64,000 bases of DNA from an uncultured Nitrososphaeraceae archaeon (GCA_963728595.1 CAVSLF010000001.1:1-64000); one strand, 5' to 3'; shown: positions 36,016 through 47,363, numbered from the stretch's first letter. The notes: a model not told the origin generated them from the sequence alone. Program-made: numbers and translations.

Positions 36016-37042
36016 CTAGAAACTTCTTGTTTCACAATTGCTTAAGGGCGGAGGGTTTGGATTGGGCGTGCACAGTGTCTCCACGAACTGGGGCTTAAGG
36101 TCTGGAGGAGTGAAATAAACGCCCTGCCAAAATCCGCCATCGGGGAAGTCGGCCTGACATAGTATATCGTGCTTGAGGAGTGTTTGGGTACATTCGATAT
36201 CTCCTGATTTACACGTTGCCCCACTTACCTGTGCTGGACTACATGGAGATTCCCCTGACTCTGGGAAGCAATCTCCTAAAATGAGAGGATTGCAATTTGC
36301 TGGTTCCTCTGTCGGGGGAGGTGGTGTACAAGTTGGATCACCTGGATTGCAAACTGGTACGCTTTCTAGTGCTCGTCCAATTTCAATTAGCCTCTCTGCG
36401 TTGTCCAGTTGCTGCCTTAAGCACCCCAACATTGGCTTTAGTTGGGTCATTGCTAAAAGGCAGCAATACCAGCCTTAATTAGGGTTTTTGCCGGTTTAAC
36501 TACATTATCATTAAATTCTTTTGCCTTGTTAATTTTTTCTTGAACATTCGCATCGATAGCGTTTGCAGCAGGAGGATTCGTTGCCGCTCCGTGATATCTG
36601 AATCAGTGGTAGACTCAGTGGTAGACTCAGTGGTAGACTCAGTGGTAGACTCAGTGGTAGAATCAGTGGTAGAATCAGTGGTAGAATCAGTGGTAGAATC
36701 AGTGGTAGTGCTTGCAGGTTCGCCTGCTGTGGTAGGAGTATCGGCGGTAATGGATTCAACTTCATTTATAATTTCCGTATTTTCGCTAGGCACAGGACCA
36801 CTGCTACTCGAGCTATATCTCGAGGAAGGAGAGGCCCGGTCAGTCATACTAGCACTACTTCTATCATTAGTATTTCTTTCATCCACGCTGGCTTGTTCTT
36901 CATTACCCTTCAAAGTAACTTCACTTAAATTTCGATCACTTTGTGCATAGGCGTTAATTTGGTTTTCGCCTAAGATTAAAGTTGCAGACACATTTGTCAT
37001 TCCTACAAATGCAACTGCAATAAACAGAATTGCTGGGTTCAA
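36016..37042 (-). CDS. secreted protein with Thr/Ser-rich stalk and Cys-rich C-terminal domain; 2-3 frameshifts
   Basis: Signal peptide, TTDS/TTES repeats, linker read in an alternate frame, C-terminal ORF 36016-36450. Confidence 0.65.
36601..36708. repeat. 9 x 12-bp coding tandem repeat (a[a/c]tcagtggtag)
   Basis: Directly visible; encodes TTDS/TTES on the minus strand. Confidence 0.95.
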
Positions 37043-37538
37043 CTCGACAATAATTCTTCAAGAATTATTTAAGTATTCTTGGGAATTTTACCAAATTTCG
37101 CAATAATTTGATTGCACTGTAATAATACAAGTGCAAATTGCAATATTGTTGCAAATATTAATTCCCAACTCTGGTAAACTTGTCAAGATTTGTCCCAAGA
37201 GTTTTACTTGCAATAGCAAAGGCAGAGATCATGAAAGCTAACAAACATGGACGCACTAGCTAATTTTTTCGGATTTTAAGGGCTTATTAAAGTTGCATCT
37301 TAGTCCAAACATAGTCAAGATATTTTTGGTTATCGAGATTATGGCATATACGTATCAATTTTTCGGCAAATCCATTTAAGTACTTCAAATGTGTTAGTTG
37401 GTAGAGATTATTATAATTGAGAGCAAACGATTTTGAAAATATATGTATTCCAGTTGAACCTGGCGAGTAATAGTGTTCCCAGGGAGTGCGCCATTATGAA
37501 TATATGGCCATCTGGGTTAGAGATTCCGACGAATACAC

Positions 37539-38591
37539 TTGAAAGCGGCTGTTTACAGAGAACACAGTAAAGACCCTAGACAAGTAGTTAAAATCGAGGA
37601 TATTGATATACCAAAGCCCAAATCCAATGGCGTTTTGATAAAAGTCGAAGCGGCTTCGTACAACTATAATGACCTGTGGGGTATCTGGGGCGAACCAATC
37701 AAGATTCCAATGCCTCACATATCTGGAAGCGACGCAGCAGGGAGAGTTGTAGAAGTCGGGAAAAATATCACGGGAAACATCAAGATTGGAGATAGAGTTG
37801 TCGTATATCCAAACCTGACATGCAGAGTATGCCATCAATGCACATCTGGTAAGGAATATGATTGCAACAGCAGACAGGTGTGGGGTTTCCAGACAGGCCC
37901 GCTCTGGGGCGGCTTTGCGCAATATACGCATATGCCTGAAGTAAACGTAGTCAAGATTCCAGACAATGTGTCGTTCGACGACGCGGCAGCAATTGCAATG
38001 GTAGGTTTGACTTCGTGGCATATGCTTGTTACCCGAGCCAATATACGGCCCGGTCAGACGGTTCTAATAATGGGCGGAGGAAGTGGTATGGGAATAGCCG
38101 GAATACAGATCGCCAAATTATTCAACTGCGATGTTATAGCCACTGCTGGAAATAAGGAAAAGATGGGAAAGTGCTTGCAGCTAGGCGCTGATTTTGTAGT
38201 CAACCACCGTGAACCTGACTGGTACAACAAGGTGCGTGAAATAACGAAAAAGCAAGGAGTGGATGTCGTTTATGAGCATATTGGCAAAACTGTTTTTCCA
38301 CAGGAACTGAGCCTATTGAAGATGGGCGGCACGCTTGTATCTACAGGCGCTACTACCGGATACGATTCGACAATTGATCTAAGGTACTTGTTTTTCAAAG
38401 GAACAAATCTATTGGGTGCAACGCAGGGAACCAGAGCCGGATTAGAAGAAGTAATACGATGGGTAAGCAAGGGAAAGATAAAGCCGGTGATTGATACCAT
38501 CTTGCCGTTCAGCAACATGGTTGAAGGCCATGTCAAGATGGCAGACTCGCAGCTATTTGGTAAAATATTAACTACTCCGCAGAAACTCTAG
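37539..38591 (+). CDS. zinc-binding MDR dehydrogenase/reductase
   Basis: PHISGSD, structural Zn motif CRVCHQC...C, GGGSGMG. Confidence 0.9.
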   Translation: MKAAVYREHSKDPRQVVKIEDIDIPKPKSNGVLIKVEAASYNYNDLWGIWGEPIKIPMPHISGSDAAGRVVEVGKNITGNIKIGDRVVVYPNLTCRVCHQCTSGKEYDCNSRQVWGFQTGPLWGGFAQYTHMPEVNVVKIPDNVSFDDAAAIAMVGLTSWHMLVTRANIRPGQTVLIMGGGSGMGIAGIQIAKLFNCDVIATAGNKEKMGKCLQLGADFVVNHREPDWYNKVREITKKQGVDVVYEHIGKTVFPQELSLLKMGGTLVSTGATTGYDSTIDLRYLFFKGTNLLGATQGTRAGLEEVIRWVSKGKIKPVIDTILPFSNMVEGHVKMADSQLFGKILTTPQKL

Positions 38592-38605
38592 TAGGTTATT
38601 TAGAA

Positions 38606-38989
38606 ATGATGGATTTCAGATTTGGGACTGCAATAAATTGTATTGATGGAAGAACTCAGGAACCTGTAATAGACTTCATGAAGCAGAAGTATAACATCGA
38701 TGGAGTTGATATGGTGACATTTCCAGGGGTAGATGGGGTTATTTCCAATGGGGAAAATTCAGACGAGATCGCGTTTATACGTAACGCAGTCTCTATATCA
38801 ATCGAGAAACACCATTCGCGCATAATAGCAGTTGTAGGACATTTCGATTGCGCGGGTAATCCTGGAAACAGAGAACATCATTATGCAGATATACAAAGGG
38901 CAGTGCACCAAGTTTCCTCATGGAGTTTCCATGCACAAGTTGTTGGATTCTATGTCAATGATAAAAAACAGATAGAGGAAGTAAAATAA
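38606..38989 (+). CDS. putative beta-class-like carbonic anhydrase
   Basis: CIDGR and GHFDCAG Zn-ligand motifs. Confidence 0.75.
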   Translation: MMDFRFGTAINCIDGRTQEPVIDFMKQKYNIDGVDMVTFPGVDGVISNGENSDEIAFIRNAVSISIEKHHSRIIAVVGHFDCAGNPGNREHHYADIQRAVHQVSSWSFHAQVVGFYVNDKKQIEEVK

Positions 38990-39717
38990 TTCCGACATTT
39001 CTACTGAATCTTGTAGCACTCGGTCTTGTACATTGCCAATATCATTTAACTTTACTAACCATGCATAACCATTAGTAGAAAATCCCAACTAACCGCTGGC
39101 TATAATGACCATCATGGAAAGACAATATTTGCAATAGTAGTAATTGGAGGGGAGTTTCTATACTTGGATGATATATTTTATGGAAACAATATTACGGACA
39201 TTCTGTTACCACTTTCGACATCCTGATAGAATATGTCAGATCCGGCCAAGATCTTACCAATATCTTTTTGTAACCATTATAGTGAATGTTATTTCCACGA
39301 GAGGAATAGATGAACACCATGTCCAATCTTGTGACCCGAGTGCAATTAGAGAACCACTAGAGGTTCGGGTTCAGTGGTTTGTGAATCAAATTTGACATTT
39401 GCCTAAACTCTGGAACCTGTCAGAATGACGGTATTGACACTAAGGTGTTATCGGTCAAATTGTCGAGTTGTAAGAATGATGATGCGTCTGGATCAACTAC
39501 CATTTGTATAAATAATCGTATTATAACCCGACCTAATTCGTGAATTTCCTGGTTTACCAACCAACATATAGTAGTTAATTTATTATCCAAAGGGAGTGCG
39601 GGACAACGATTTATAGTCTGACTCAGATACATTGTTATTGTATAACCAATAGTGGCTTAAGTAATTCCTTTTTACCTGACCATCCTTAAGTGCTATCGTC
39701 GTCTAATTCTCTTGAAT

Positions 39718-40051
39718 ATGAACATTAAATACATGACAACAATTGCTGTACCTCGCCGCTATGGCTGCCGTTGTGTTCGTTCCAGGGAACGTACTTGCGG
39801 CAAATCCAAATACGGATAATCCTTCTGGATGGGGAAAACTCACTTCAGGTGCTGCCTCCACTGATGGAAACGCATTTGGTGAACATTCCAGTAGTCCTCC
39901 TGCTGTTGATCTAACTCCAGACAGACCGGGACGAGCAGGTATCGGAAATATTAATCCAATACTAACTGGCGATCCTGATTCCAGCAAGCATCCAAGTGCG
40001 TTAGGACAAAGTCTGTGCACAGCTTTCCCAGGTACATTCCCCTGTCCATAG
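39718..40051 (+). CDS. small secreted Gly/Pro-rich protein; frameshift in the signal peptide
   Basis: MNIKYMTTIAV joins LAAMAAVVFVPGNVLA; followed by an oligo-T tract. Confidence 0.6.
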
Positions 40052-40306
40052 GGACCACCCCTTCTTTTTTTTGGCATGAAGATTTAACTTGATACTTCGC
40101 AATTTTGAATATGTCTGAGAGTCCTAATCCTTATATCCACAGGTGGAGAGTCTTGCCGAGGTCCGGCATGTTTCTGAGCGATATATCGCCAAATCAGATC
40201 CTTGTATTGTGATGATATCAACACGACGGCCCAGTAAGAAATACTTATGACTAATCAACACTGCTGCTGACACTTTGTTATAATCTAGAGCCACCAATAT
40301 CTCACT

Positions 40307-40456
40307 ATGGAATTAATCGAAATGATTGGATGGATGGTATTGGGCTTTGTCCCCATGTTGGGGGGACTAAATCTTGCCAGCAGGAAACTTACACATAGTG
40401 GGAAAATAGTCCTAAGAACCGAAATGAAAGGAGGAGAATATCTAATTGGCATATGA
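40307..40456 (+). CDS. 49-aa membrane microprotein
   Basis: MELIEMIGWMVLGFVPMLGGLNLAS...GI*; overlaps the next gene start. Confidence 0.55.
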   Translation: MELIEMIGWMVLGFVPMLGGLNLASRKLTHSGKIVLRTEMKGGEYLIGI

Positions 40457-40688
40457 AAGCGAAACAGACGCATTTAGGCAATTGCTCTTTCTGGGAAGCT
40501 ACGGAGCAAAAATAACCAGGTCTCCAGAAAAAATAATTGCTCTACCGGGTGAATTATATTATTATGTGGAAGTCACTTCAAAAGAAGGGACCAGATTTGT
40601 CATCGAAGCATACGGGGAGGAAGCAAGAGAACTCGAACATGAGGTTTCCACAAGAAAAGGAAAGCAGGAATCGCTAATAACAACTTAA
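40446..40688 (+). CDS. hypothetical protein
   Basis: 80-aa ORF with a GGAGGA Shine-Dalgarno upstream. Confidence 0.65.
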   Translation: MAYESETDAFRQLLFLGSYGAKITRSPEKIIALPGELYYYVEVTSKEGTRFVIEAYGEEARELEHEVSTRKGKQESLITT

Positions 40689-40817
40689 TACATTTGGACA
40701 TAGCAGCAGAGATGCTCCTAATCGAAGATTATGATAATTCATAATTGATTTGTATTAATCATCTGTTCTTCTTACAATAACTTATTGATATCATATAAAT
40801 TCAGGAATGCTGTATTA

Positions 40818-40831
40818 GGAAAATTGTTTCC
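40818..40831. promoter_or_regulatory. GGAA-N6-TTCC palindrome (NrpR-operator-like) upstream of amt
   Basis: ggaaaattgtttcc within the larger imperfect palindrome 40812-40839. Confidence 0.35.
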
Positions 40832-41105
40832 TGTAATACTAACAGAACAAAAATACGATTTAATAAATTGCAATGTAATAATTTGTAAATATGTTCTGAA
40901 TTTAATTGCAAAATGAATTGATTTATGGATGGAATGCAATGTATAACAATGATATTTAGGTGCATCTCGTCAAATTATGTCCGTAGAGTTAGCGTTCCTA
41001 GAGAAGGGAGCGTATTTCAAAATTATTATTGTGTTAGTAATTAATAGCGCTATGGAAAGCTTTTTTTATTAGCCGATCTGATAGAGCACTGGATTCTATA
41101 TTCTA

Positions 41106-42342
41106 ATGGCATTAACTATCGATACCGGTGATACAACATGGATGCTGATCGCAACGGGCCTGGTCATGATGATGACACCGGCACTAGGATTTTTTGAAGC
41201 TGGTCTAATTCGGAGTAAAAACTCCATTTCAGTCCTCATTCAAACATTTTCCGGGCTAGCTATCTTGAGTATTCTTTGGATTGTGATTGGCTTTACTCTT
41301 GCTTTCGGACCTTCATCAAATGGGATTATAGGAGGTACTCAATACGTGGCAATTGAAAATGTTCCAATCAATGAACCCTTTCAGAATTATGCTACGAGTA
41401 TTCCCGGAATCGGTTTTGTGGCGTTTAATATGATGGTTGCAGTCATCACTCCTCTCCTTATCACAGGCGCATTTGCCGAAAAAATGAAATGGACATCTTT
41501 TTGCATTTTCATGATAGCGTGGAGCGTTCTCATTTACTGTCCACTTGCTCATTGGGTTTGGGGAGGCGGTTGGCTGTCGCAGATTGGATTTTACGATTTT
41601 GGAGGGGGAATAGTTGTTCACGTCTCTGCCGGCATGGGATCCTTGGCAGCTCGCCCTCGTAATTGGACGGCGCAAATATTTCGGACCAGATATTACGCTT
41701 CCGCATAATGTTCCTCTTGCCGTCATAGGAGCATCGTTTCTATGGTTAGGTTGGTATGGATTTAACGCGGGCGGGGCGTATGCGGCGGGCGGTTTGACCT
41801 TCAATACACTCCTTGTAACTCACATGGCATCTGCCACTTCTTCGATCACTTGGATTTTACTTTCTTGGAAGACTGGTGGTAGGCCTTCAATCATTGCTGG
41901 GATAAACGGTGCTATAGCCGGTTTAGCGGGAGTTACGGCAGCCTCAGGATTTATCACGATAAATAGCGCGATGGTCCTTGGAGTAGTAATAGGTGTTGCA
42001 TCATTTCTTGCTATTAAGCTTATTAAGGAGAGATTAAAGATTGACGATGTGCTGGATGTAAGCTCCGTTCATGGAATATCTGGCATTGTAGGAACACTAG
42101 CAGTAGGAGTATTAGCCGTGCAATCGATAAATCCAAACGGCCCTAACGGAATGCTGGCAGGCAATTTCAGTCAAATAGGTATACAAGCATTGGGAATTGG
42201 AGCGGCTATTTTGCTTTCTTTTGGTGGAACTTTTATCCTTTTGAAGATAATCGATAAAACTATTGGCTTACGCGTGAAAGAAATAGAGGAGGATGTAGGA
42301 TTAGACATTTCAGGACATGCAGAGAGGGCCTATACTAAATGA
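41106..42342 (+). CDS. amt: ammonium transporter (Amt); +1 frameshift near 41652
   Basis: DTGDTTW, AHWVWGGG, DFGGGIVVH, PHN, WYGFNAG, DDVLDVSSVHG (twin His intact). Confidence 0.95.
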
Positions 42343-42397
42343 ATAAGGAAGCAGTAAATATTCGCCTTTATTTCATATCGAGAGTTATTGTGCACGA

Positions 42398-42763
42398 GTG
42401 ATTCTTTTGAAGAAGATAGAAGCCATAGTGAGACCAGAAAAGATATCTCGCCTAAAAAGCGAGCTTTTAAAGTTAGGCATTGGTGGCATGACATTGACTG
42501 ATGTATCAGGCTGGAGTAAGGGAAGAGAACTTCATTTGCAATGGAGAGGACAAAAAATTGCATACGATCTTGTCCCGAAAATAAAGATCGAAGTGATAAG
42601 CTCAGATAGCTTTGCAGACAAGATAGTCGAATGTATTGTAAAAGAAGGTAAGACAGGTAACGGACAAGAAGGCGACGGGGTCATTTTCATAAGTAACATA
42701 GATGAAGCGGTAAATATTGCAACCTCCGCTAAAGGGGAACAAGCAATATTCCATTCAAGTTGA
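42398..42763 (+). CDS. glnK: P-II family nitrogen regulator (divergent)
   Basis: KKIEAIVRP...GMT...PKIKIEV...GDGVIF; directly downstream of amt. Confidence 0.9.
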   Translation: MILLKKIEAIVRPEKISRLKSELLKLGIGGMTLTDVSGWSKGRELHLQWRGQKIAYDLVPKIKIEVISSDSFADKIVECIVKEGKTGNGQEGDGVIFISNIDEAVNIATSAKGEQAIFHSS

Positions 42764-43110
42764 GGATAGGAAGCATAGTTGTGACGCTGGAACGATTAGT
42801 CAGCAACCAATTCTAAACGGTTGACAAGTCAAGGGTGACTTTCAATAGTCACCGAATATGGACCAGCACAGGATCAGGCATAGCAAAACGTTGACACTAT
42901 CAAAGTATAGGAACTTAGAATCTGTGTACAAATCTTCCAAGAGCTTTTATTATTTATTGTAAGTCGGATGCTGTCGTTGAAAAAAATGCTTAGTTTATTG
43001 ATATTTCATTTCTATTTCAGAATTACAAGTAACTTATGACACTACACGGACACACTAGTCAACTTAAGTTCTCCCAACTTCACAACAAAAAGAGGGACGT
43101 GGTCATCCTT

Positions 43111-43358
43111 TTAGTAACTGTGTGACTCACAGTTATTAAAGGGTGGAGGGTTTGGGTTGGGCGTACATAATTGCTCTAGGAACTGGGGCTTAAGGTTTGG
43201 AGGTGTGAAATAGACGCCTTGCCAAAATCCGCCATCGGGGAAGTCAGCCTGACATAATATATCGTGCTTGAGGGGTGTCTGAGTACATAGTATCTCTCCT
43301 GACTTGCATGTTGCTCCACTTACCTGTGCAGGACTACAAGGTGAATTCCCTGATTCAG
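43111..43358 (-). pseudogene. orphan copy of the Cys-rich C-terminal domain of the 36016 protein
   Basis: ESGNSPCSPAQVSGATCKSGEILCTQTPLKHDILCQADFPDGGFWQGVYFTPP...CESHSY*; no start codon. Confidence 0.8.
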
Positions 43359-43586
43359 TTCAGATTCCGCATCTTCGAAATTGGGATTATCATCACATTA
43401 CTGAAAGGGAATCTATAGTTACATTGGAAGACAATTTGGAAGAAGGATTTCATGTTGTACTTGTGCTAGCCAGATTATACTGATTAAAAACTCCGATTCT
43501 CGACATGATATACTATCTTTATGCACGACAGCGGACTGGAGAACTGGTCTCACGTTTATTAATCATTATGCCTTATAGAAGTTAGA

Positions 43587-43850
43587 ATGGGAACTTCTGG
43601 AAATAAGGACATTGAAAACAAAGACAATGCGCAAGAAGAAAATGTCAGTCAATGGGCAGAACTAATAACACAAGTTGTCGATAAAATAACTGGCAAAGAT
43701 GTTTCTATCACATATCGATTTGACAATTTGGAAATTAATGTGCCCAAGGCAACTGGTCCTAAGGGCCAGGATTTGGGTAGCGCCAAATGGAACATAAATG
43801 GTAAGGTTGTAATACATAGTCAGTTAAAAAATAAAGACAGTCGCAACTAA
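43587..43850 (+). CDS. hypothetical protein
   Basis: 87-aa ORF, first of a two-gene operon. Confidence 0.7.
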   Translation: MGTSGNKDIENKDNAQEENVSQWAELITQVVDKITGKDVSITYRFDNLEINVPKATGPKGQDLGSAKWNINGKVVIHSQLKNKDSRN

Positions 43851-43858
43851 CGTATAAC

Positions 43859-44279
43859 ATGTCCGACAAATTTCTAACTGAAGAGGACCCAATAATTAAC
43901 AACCTAATAAATATGATAAAAGTACCTAAAGGAAGTGTCACCGTCAAGACAAATGATACGCCAGCATTCTCATTAGAATTCCAAGGTGATAAAGTATTAC
44001 TTGATATTACTGACGCATCGTTTTTCAATTTTGGAGAGGAGAGTGACGATATCGGATTATTTTCGAAGCTTAAAAACAGCAAAGAAACTAGCTCAAGTCC
44101 TAACTGACAATCACCTGACACTTTCTATTCTCCGAAAAGGTAAAGAAGCCTTAAGTCTTGGATACGAAACGCATCCTACGCTCTCGCGATTGATAACCGG
44201 CAGTGGTGATATTCAAATAGATAGTGTGAAAGAAGTTGCCAAGCTAAAACATGATGTTGATAAAGACGAGAAGTACTAA
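43859..44279 (+). CDS. hypothetical protein; frameshift near 44075
   Basis: GLFSKLK joins TAKKLAQVL across a poly-A tract. Confidence 0.7.
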
Positions 44280-45256
44280 CTAATGACCGGTATTATTTCC
44301 ACTATTATTAGTGATAACTGGAACAGAACCTGAATTCAATTCAAATCTTATTCTACTGCCCCTACATAGTGCTTATTTTCGTACGTCCTATACATCTTGT
44401 ATATAGGCATACAATTATTCAATAACAACTTGCAAACAGCAGGTGAGGAACTGCATGATCTTTTGGCACAACATCCCTTTGTAGCCAGTCAGTTCAAACG
44501 AAATGGCTTTCTAGATGTTTATATTAGCAATAAGGGAACAAGATTAACAGGAGTATTTTTCGACAGCCTCAGTGAAACAGACGGAGATACGTCGTGAATT
44601 TAGATTTATTCTTAAACTAGTTGCTCACCGTCTTTAGGAATATAGCGCATGAAGGAAGGTACTCCATTGGTGTTGTATGGGTCCGATACTGCTGGACCCC
44701 CGAGTGTGTAAGGCAGCAAGAGGACCATTATCACGTTCGATATCTGAATGGGAACTTATCAAGTCAACTTTACGCTTGTTCTCCCTATCTTTCTTTTCTG
44801 CCATTGTAGGATAATTATCTATAATTCTATTTTAGTTTTCAATTATGGCGTAACTATGAAATAGTTTGTTAGACGGTGCGTTGTAGGACCTAAACCGGTT
44901 CATTTGTACAGGCTGGAGGTTGCAGACTTCACCAACGCGACCTCTAGCCTTCTGGATTCTATTTTACACTAGATGCCTCTAGTGGTTCTGAGGAACCATC
45001 TGTTTTCTTAATTTCTCCCACTTCATATACGACAAGTGCAGAACAATTGACGTGACTATGGCTCGGGACTGATTCGGCACTTGAAGCATACTTTATGTCT
45101 ATTGGTCTAAATTTAGTATCCATTCCCTATGTATTACTCACCATCCATCTGTTGATTTCATCTGCTAGCGAACCTATACTTTGTGAAGATGCAAAACCTT
45201 GGGTTTGCCAGGGTGTGTTTTAGATTAAATTATGCTTCCTTCAGTGCGAGGTATGA

Positions 45257-45760
45257 CTACTTCCCTGTTTTATCTAAAATCTGTGGTAGCGAACCATCGC
45301 CGCATGTACCATTGGCAACCGGGTGATTACCATTTGTGCACGTTAGATCTTCAATACTGAGCTGAAGCGGATCGGAACCATCATCACATTTACCGGTGGT
45401 AGAATTAGCCATAGTACCGTCAGTGCAGAGTGACATAATATCAGTAGTTGCTCGATTCATTTCGTTTACGGGCTTCCTAGTGATAGGAACGGGATTAGCA
45501 TGGATAACCAAAGGATTAGACCCGTCGGCACAAATACCATCCGCATTGGGATGCATACCGTCATCACAAAGTAGGTCCTTAGTACGAATAGCTCTATTTT
45601 CTACTATCACCGAAGAATTTGAAACTTGACCGAATACATCATTGGCTTTAGCATTTGTGCTCAATGGAAACAATGATGTGGTCATTATGAACATCACGAT
45701 ACAACCCATAACTAATGCAATCTTGAAGTCTCTGTCTAATGCCAAGTATTGAACGAAGTT
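45257..45760 (-). CDS. membrane-anchored protein with three C-x-DG...G-x-C-x-DGS-x-P repeats
   Basis: LCDDGMHPNADGICADGSNP / LCTDGTMANSTTGKCDDGSDP / TCTNGNHPVANGTCGDGSLP; start uncertain. Confidence 0.7.
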   Translation of the reverse strand, partial: NFVQYLALDRDFKIALVMGCIVMFIMTTSLFPLSTNAKANDVFGQVSNSSVIVENRAIRTKDLLCDDGMHPNADGICADGSNPLVIHANPVPITRKPVNEMNRATTDIMSLCTDGTMANSTTGKCDDGSDPLQLSIEDLTCTNGNHPVANGTCGDGSLPQILDKTGK

Positions 45761-46415
45761 GTATACGTATTTATAAAGTTGTTTTTGGCTAGCCAAGATG
45801 CACACTACAAAACAAACACGAATTACAAATCAAGAACTTTGCGTAAATCAAAGTATTGTAGCTCTAGTATTCATCGTATATCACTAGTGCGAAACCTAGT
45901 CAATTTATTCACTCTGCCTCCATCATAGAAAATCCTCTTCAGTCTACTGTTATTATGAATAGAGAAATTCAGTTTCGTTCGCTAAATTCTTTTTTTTTAA
46001 TCACGGATTTCAATAATTTTAGAGTGCAGGAAACTCCATCTCATTATCACCCAAACGGGAAGTTAAGACTATCACTTGTAAAAGTCGACAATGGAAGGAA
46101 ATGCTTTTCCACCAGTAGTTGGACCTTCAGCAGCTGGTATAATCACACATTTGGTACCGACTACAGCTCCTGCAGCCGAATTGCTTGTTCCCAGATTTAT
46201 CCCTATGATCTTTCCCAATTCGAGGAACCCCCTCTAAAAATTCCATAAAGTAAAAATAACTTTTCCAAGTGTATGACTTAGTATATAATATTATTTAATC
46301 ATATACACTTTTGCACTGTGAAAGCAAACGGGAACTAAATTTCAATTTTATTTTCCCTTCATTTCAATCTTATCAATGCACTTTATGTGGTATTGGTATA
46401 GGTCATGACGAGTAA

Positions 46416-46613
46416 CTATATTCGCGCCAGATTCAATTTGGACCCGTAATTACGTGATTTTGTTCTTAATTTAATGCCACAGCACGGACAGGTATCAGTA
46501 GCCCATATCATGAAAATTGAACATACCTGACAGCGTTTTCGACCATTCAGATATCGAAGTTGACCAACGGGCAACACCGCTTTGTGACGGATGCAAATTC
46601 CCTTACAAACCAT
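46416..46613 (-). CDS. small Cys-rich zinc-binding protein
   Basis: CKGIC, RCQVC, CPCCG..LRT. Confidence 0.75.
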   Translation of the reverse strand: MVCKGICIRHKAVLPVGQLRYLNGRKRCQVCSIFMIWATDTCPCCGIKLRTKSRNYGSKLNLARI

Positions 46614-46846
46614 GTTAGTTAATCTAGCTTATCTTTTATCTCTTAATACGGTTGCTAGACTGATATTATACACGTGTTCTAAAATCTAACCGCATAATCG
46701 CAATATCCGATAAATTCTCTTCCACGGGTAGAAAGAGTTTATGTTAACATTTTACAAGCGTCAGCCTTAATTAACACCTATAATGATCGAGAAGAATTTG
46801 AAAGCCAGGTAAAATTATTTCGATTTCTTTCTGCGCACAGCGGGAG

Positions 46847-47140
46847 TCATGGCTTGTACCAATCAGGTCGCGTGTCTTCCTCAGGTCGTCTTCTGTAATT
46901 CAACTGCTTTAACAGATATTTAATAAGAAGATGGTATTTGGCTATGAAGCCTAAGATTATAGAAATTATTCCACCAACTAGAAACCTTATGCCAATTATC
47001 TTGAACCCCTCGCCTTCCTCTTGAAGTGAAATGACGCTGGTCCCTATCCAAATGCACAATATACCAAACGCAACAAGTATTATTCCTGCAACTAAAAACG
47101 GCCTAAAGAGAGAAGTTGGCTCCCGGATTGCTCTTGACAT
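46847..47140 (-). CDS. two-TM membrane protein
   Basis: Two hydrophobic helices. Confidence 0.6.
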   Translation of the reverse strand: MSRAIREPTSLFRPFLVAGIILVAFGILCIWIGTSVISLQEEGEGFKIIGIRFLVGGIISIILGFIAKYHLLIKYLLKQLNYRRRPEEDTRPDWYKP

Positions 47141-47363
47141 CTAAGCAGTACTTGCCACTATCGTAATTATCAATTCTGTTGTTAGGACTGAATCTCCACA
47201 TATTTCGTAGTCCGAACTCAAAGATTTGGGATTGAAAAGAACGGCAGGAGTCTATTTGGTGTTCAATGGACAGGCCTCTCTTAAGTAACAATACGGAGAG
47301 TCACGACTAAATTATACAATGAAACCCTTTTGTCTGATGTGTTCGTATGTTTGGCTAGTAGCG

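Noticed and set aside
36601..36708. Possible CRISPR-like array
   Set aside because: Contiguous 12-bp units without spacers; an in-frame coding repeat (TTDS/TTES)
41640..41665. Programmed frameshift in amt
   Set aside because: No slippery heptamer at the shift; a single extra C fits error or mutation
36040..43358. 36016 versus 43111 copies as a DGR VR/TR pair
   Set aside because: Differences involve all bases and are largely synonymous; no RT or Avd gene seen
44280..45250. Short ORFs 44397 and 44621 and a possible Usp fragment
   Set aside because: No coherent motif in any frame I could support
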